Of a stretch of 64,000 nucleotides of DNA, positions 60,601 through 64,000 are shown piece after piece. This stretch comes from the human T2T-CHM13v2.0 reference genome, Homo sapiens: assembly GCF_009914755.1 (NCBI RefSeq), contig NC_060927.1; one strand, 5' to 3'. Under the pieces are notes generated by a model. That model ran no database searches. It was not told where the DNA came from and saw only the letters and a program-made list of their open reading frames with translations. The position numbers and the translations under genes were made by a program. Within the stretch, counting starts at the first letter, position 1; every line of letters starts with the position of its first letter.

Positions 60601-62538
60601 CTGTCACCGACACTTCCTCAGCATACACAGGTGACACCACCTCTCTTCCTGTCACCGACACTTCCTCATCATCCACAGGTGACACCACCCCTCTTCTTGT
60701 CACCGAGACTTCCTCAGCATCCACAGGTGACACCACCCCTGTGCCTGTCACCGACACTTCCTCAGTATCCACAGGTCACGCCACCCCTCTTCCTGTCACC
60801 GGCCTTTCCTCAGCTTCCACAGGTGACACCACCCGTCTTCCTGTCACCGACATTTCCTCGGCATCCACAGGTCAGGCCACCCCTCTTCCTGTCACCAACA
60901 CTTCCTCAGTATCCACAGGTGACACCATGCCTCTTCCTGTCACTAGCCCTTCCTCAGCATCCACAGGTCATGCCACCCCTCTTCCTGTCACCAGCCCTTC
61001 CTCAGCATCCACCGGTCACGCCACCCCTGTTCCTGTCACCAGCACTTCCTTAGCATCCACAGGTCACACCACCCCTCTTCCTGTCACCAGCCCTTCCTCA
61101 GCATCTACAGGTCACACCACCCCTCTTCCTGTCACCGACACTTCCTCAGCATCCACAGGTGACACCACCCCTCTTCCTGTCACCAATGCTTCCTCATTAT
61201 CCACAGGACACACCACCCCTCTTCATGTCACCATCCCTTCCTCAGCATCCACAGGTGACACCAGCACTCTTCCTGTCACCGGCGCTTCCTCAGCATCCAC
61301 CGGTCACGCCACCCCTCTTCCTGTCACCGACACTTCCTCAGTATCCACAGGTCACGCCACCCCTCTTCCTGTCACCAGCTTTTCCTCAGTATCCACAGGT
61401 GACACCACCCCTCTTCCTGTCACCGACGCTTCCTCGGCATCCACCGGTCACGCCACCCCTCTTCCTGTCACCGACACTTCCTCAGCATCCACAGGTGACA
61501 CCACCCCTCTTCCTGTCACCGACGCTTCCTCGGCATCCACAGGTCAGGCCACCCCTCTTCCTGTCACCAGCCTTTCCTCAGTATCAACAGGTGACACCAC
61601 GCCTCTTCCTGTCACCATCCCTTCCTCAGCATCCTCAGGTCACACCACCTCTCTTCCTGTCAGCGACACTTCCTCAGCATCCACAGGTCAGGCCACCCCT
61701 CTTCCTGTCACCAGCCTTTCCTCAGTATCCACAGGTGACACCACCCCTCTTCTTGTCACCGACGCTTCCTCAGTATCCACAGGTCACGCCACCCCTCTTC
61801 CTGTCACCGACACTTCCTCAGCATCCACAGGTGACACCACCCGTCTTCCTGTCACGGACACTTCCTCAGCATCCACAGGTCAGGCCACCCCTCTTCCTGT
61901 CACCAGCCTTTCCTCAGTATCCACAGGTGACACCACCCCTCTTCTTGTCACCAACACTTCCTCAGTATCCACAGGTCACGCCACCTCTCTTCCTGTCACC
62001 ATCCCTTCCTCATCATCCTCAGGTCACACCACCCCTCTTCCTGTCACCAGCACTTCCTCAGTATCTACAGGTCACGTCACCCCTCTTCATGTCACCAGCC
62101 CTTCCTCATCATCCACAGGTCAGGCCACCCCTCTTCCTGTCACCAGCACTTCCTCAGTATCTACAGGTCACGTCACCCCTCTTCATGTCACCAGCCCTTC
62201 CTCAGCATCCACAGGTCACGCCACCCCTCTTCCTGTCACCAGCACTTCCTCAGCATCCACAGGTCACGCCACCCCTCTTCCTGTCACCGACGCTTCCTCA
62301 GTGTCCACAGGTCACGCCACGCCTCTTCCTGTCACCGACACTTCCTCAGCATCCACAGGTGACACCACCCCTCTTCCTGTCACCGACACTTCCTCAGCAT
62401 CCACAGGTCAGGCCACCCCTCTTCCTGTCACCAGCCTTTCCTCAGTATCCACAGGTCACGCCACCCCTCTTGCTGTCAGCAGTGCTACCTCAGCTTCCAC
62501 AGTATCCTCGGACTCCCCTCTGAAGATGGAAACATCAG
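42613..62538 (+). CDS. MUC4: Mucin-4 exon 2 (19,926 nt, 6,642 codons): Ser/Thr/Pro-rich mucin domain
   Basis: Acceptor ctccag|GAACCACAGAG gives G-TTEDTLITGSKT in frame with the 6594-aa ORF; ends SDSPLKMETS-G at phase-1 donor CAG|gtagct; no stop codon in frame. Confidence 0.97.
42650..43790 (+). repeat. MUC4: Three imperfect ~378-390-bp (126-130 aa) coding repeats
   Basis: EGQS at 42693/43071/43452; STLGN at ~42981/43359/43749; NHQT/NHWT motifs at the same spacing. Confidence 0.9.
45465..62507 (+). repeat. MUC4: MUC4 48-bp coding VNTR (ATPLPVTDTSSASTGH), ~355 units, ~17 kb
   Basis: First unit at 45465, last degenerate unit at 62460; (16995-3)/48 = 354 intervals after one 3-nt insertion. Confidence 0.98.
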
Positions 62539-62872
62539 GTAGCTGCCAACTGCCTCGCCTTTATGTCTCCCAGTGGGCCCCTTGGCGGAATTCAGCCTAA
62601 GGAGTACCTGAGAACACTGGTGCATTCGCATTACCTGGTGGGGCCGTGTCAGGTCCCACAGGGGAGGAGGTGATGGGTGTGGTGGGTGACAGGCTCACCC
62701 TCCTTTGTGCCGCAATCGAAAAGCACTGATGTCGAGAGTAGTTTGGATATGAGCAGGGGAGAGACAAGGAGTTTCCAGCTCTCTCTTCCAGCTCCTGATT
62801 TCTTTGAATCTCTTTGACTCTCCTGTTTTGTTACTGTAAGAAACACCCCGCCTTGTCTTTTCACGTGTCCAG

Positions 62873-63025
62873 GAATGACAACACCGTCACTGAAGACAGA
62901 CGGTGGGAGACGCACAGCCACATCACCACCCCCCACAACCTCCCAGACCATCATTTCCACCATTCCCAGCACTGCCATGCACACCCGCTCCACAGCTGCC
63001 CCCATCCCCATCCTGCCTGAGAGAG
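62873..63025 (+). CDS. MUC4: Mucin-4 exon 3 (153 nt)
   Basis: Acceptor gtccag|GAATG; G-MTTPSLKTDGGRRTATSPPPTTSQTIISTIPSTAMHTRSTAAPIPILPER-G; phase-1 donor G|gtgagg. Confidence 0.96.
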
Positions 63026-63385
63026 GTGAGGCCATACAGGTGAGGCCTGTGCCTTTTGAGGGGTGATGTAACTGAAGGCTCCCTCTCAGCCTACTTCCCA
63101 CAGTCTCTGCTCTCTCGGGTGGGGAGAGCCTTACCGAGGACAGGGACACAGCATCGGAGTCGCTCCTGAGGGCTGGCTTTGTGCATGGCACTGGGCCAGG
63201 AGCTGGAGACAGAGAAATGACCCCAGTGCCATTCAGCAAGGGATAGATGGACGGTCCGGTAGCGGCGGTTAGAGGACTCATCCCAGGGTCTAAGTGCACA
63301 CAATGGAAGGCCCTAAGGAATGCAGAGCCGGGGATGGAGGAGCACCCCAGGCAGGGAGGAGGGCGGGAACAGCTGGAACAAAGGT

Positions 63386-64000
63386 GTGGAAGGTATGGGT
63401 GTGGAAGGTATGGGTGTGGAAGGTATGGCCGTGGAAGGTATGGGTGTGGAAGGTATGGGTGTGGAAGGTATGGGTGTGGAAGGTATGACTGTGGAAGCTA
63501 TGGGTGTGGAAGGTATGACTGTGGAAGGTATGGGTGTGGAAGGTATGACTGTGGAAGGTATGGGTGTGGAAGGTATGACTGTGGAAGGTATGGGTGTGGA
63601 AGGTATGGGTGTGGAAGGTATGGGTGTGGAAGGTATGGGTGTGGAAGGTATGGCCGTGGAAGGTATGGGTGTGGAAGGTATGGGTGTGGAAGGTATGGGT
63701 GTGGAAGGTATGACTGTGGAAGGTATGGGTGTGGAAGGTATGACTGTGGAAGGTATGGGTGTGGAAGGTATGACTGTGGAAGGTATGGGTGTGGAAGGTA
63801 TGACTGTGGAAGGTATGGGTGTGGAAGGTATGGGTGTGGAAGGTATGGGTGTGGAAGGTATGGGTGTGGAAGGTATGGGTGTGGAAGGTATGACTGTGGA
63901 AGGTATGGGTGTGGAAGGTATGACTGTGGAAGGTATGGGTGTGGAAGGTATGACTGTGGAAGGTATGGGTGTGGAAGGTATGGGTGTGGAAGGTAAGGGT
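63386..64000. repeat. Intron-3 15-bp VNTR (gtggaaggtatgggt / gtggaaggtatgact / gtggaaggtatggcc), ~41 copies to the window end
   Basis: Seen directly; consistent with the 15-bp intronic MUC4 repeat as recalled. Confidence 0.97.

Noticed and set aside
60536-60772. Antisense acidic repeat ORF within the VNTR
   Set aside because: Open only across a run of Asp-type units; His- and Gln-type units place TGA in that frame.
42816-62600. ORF-track start and stop as true protein ends
   Set aside because: The real start is in exon 1, and the exon boundaries are 42613 and 62538 by splice signals and the known MUC4 sequence.
63247-63996. 249-aa YGCGR-repeat ORF resembling a keratin-associated protein
   Set aside because: Translation of the intronic 15-bp VNTR; the resemblance is compositional only.

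Overview
Human (primate) genomic DNA, not microbial: the 5' half of the MUC4 membrane-mucin gene on the + strand with about 22 kb of upstream sequence. Exon 1 (ATG 22282, signal peptide MKGARWRRVPWVSLSCLCLCLLPHVVPG) is followed by a 20 kb Alu/L1/L2-rich intron 1. Exon 2 is 19,926 nt (42613-62538) and holds three ~126-aa imperfect repeats, a unique Ser/Thr-rich region and ~355 copies of the 48-bp (16-aa) VNTR. Exon 3 (62873-63025) and the start of the intron-3 15-bp VNTR close the window. The upstream region has a TATA-containing distal promoter, a GC-rich proximal promoter and several minisatellites. Nearly all other ORFs are repeat artefacts. I found no proven new system. The best leads, all hypotheses, are: (1) most 48-bp units carry a phase-1 YAG|GT composite splice-like site in frame with the real exon junctions; (2) a multi-kb open +1 reading frame runs through the VNTR; (3) the VNTR has a decodable higher-order duplication history; (4) the exon-2 acceptor region abuts an antisense L1; (5) intron 1 has a possible decayed mucin-like segment and a 430-bp insert splitting an Alu; (6) E2-box motifs recur in several upstream VNTRs. 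Repeat boundaries and subfamily calls were read by eye and are approximate.
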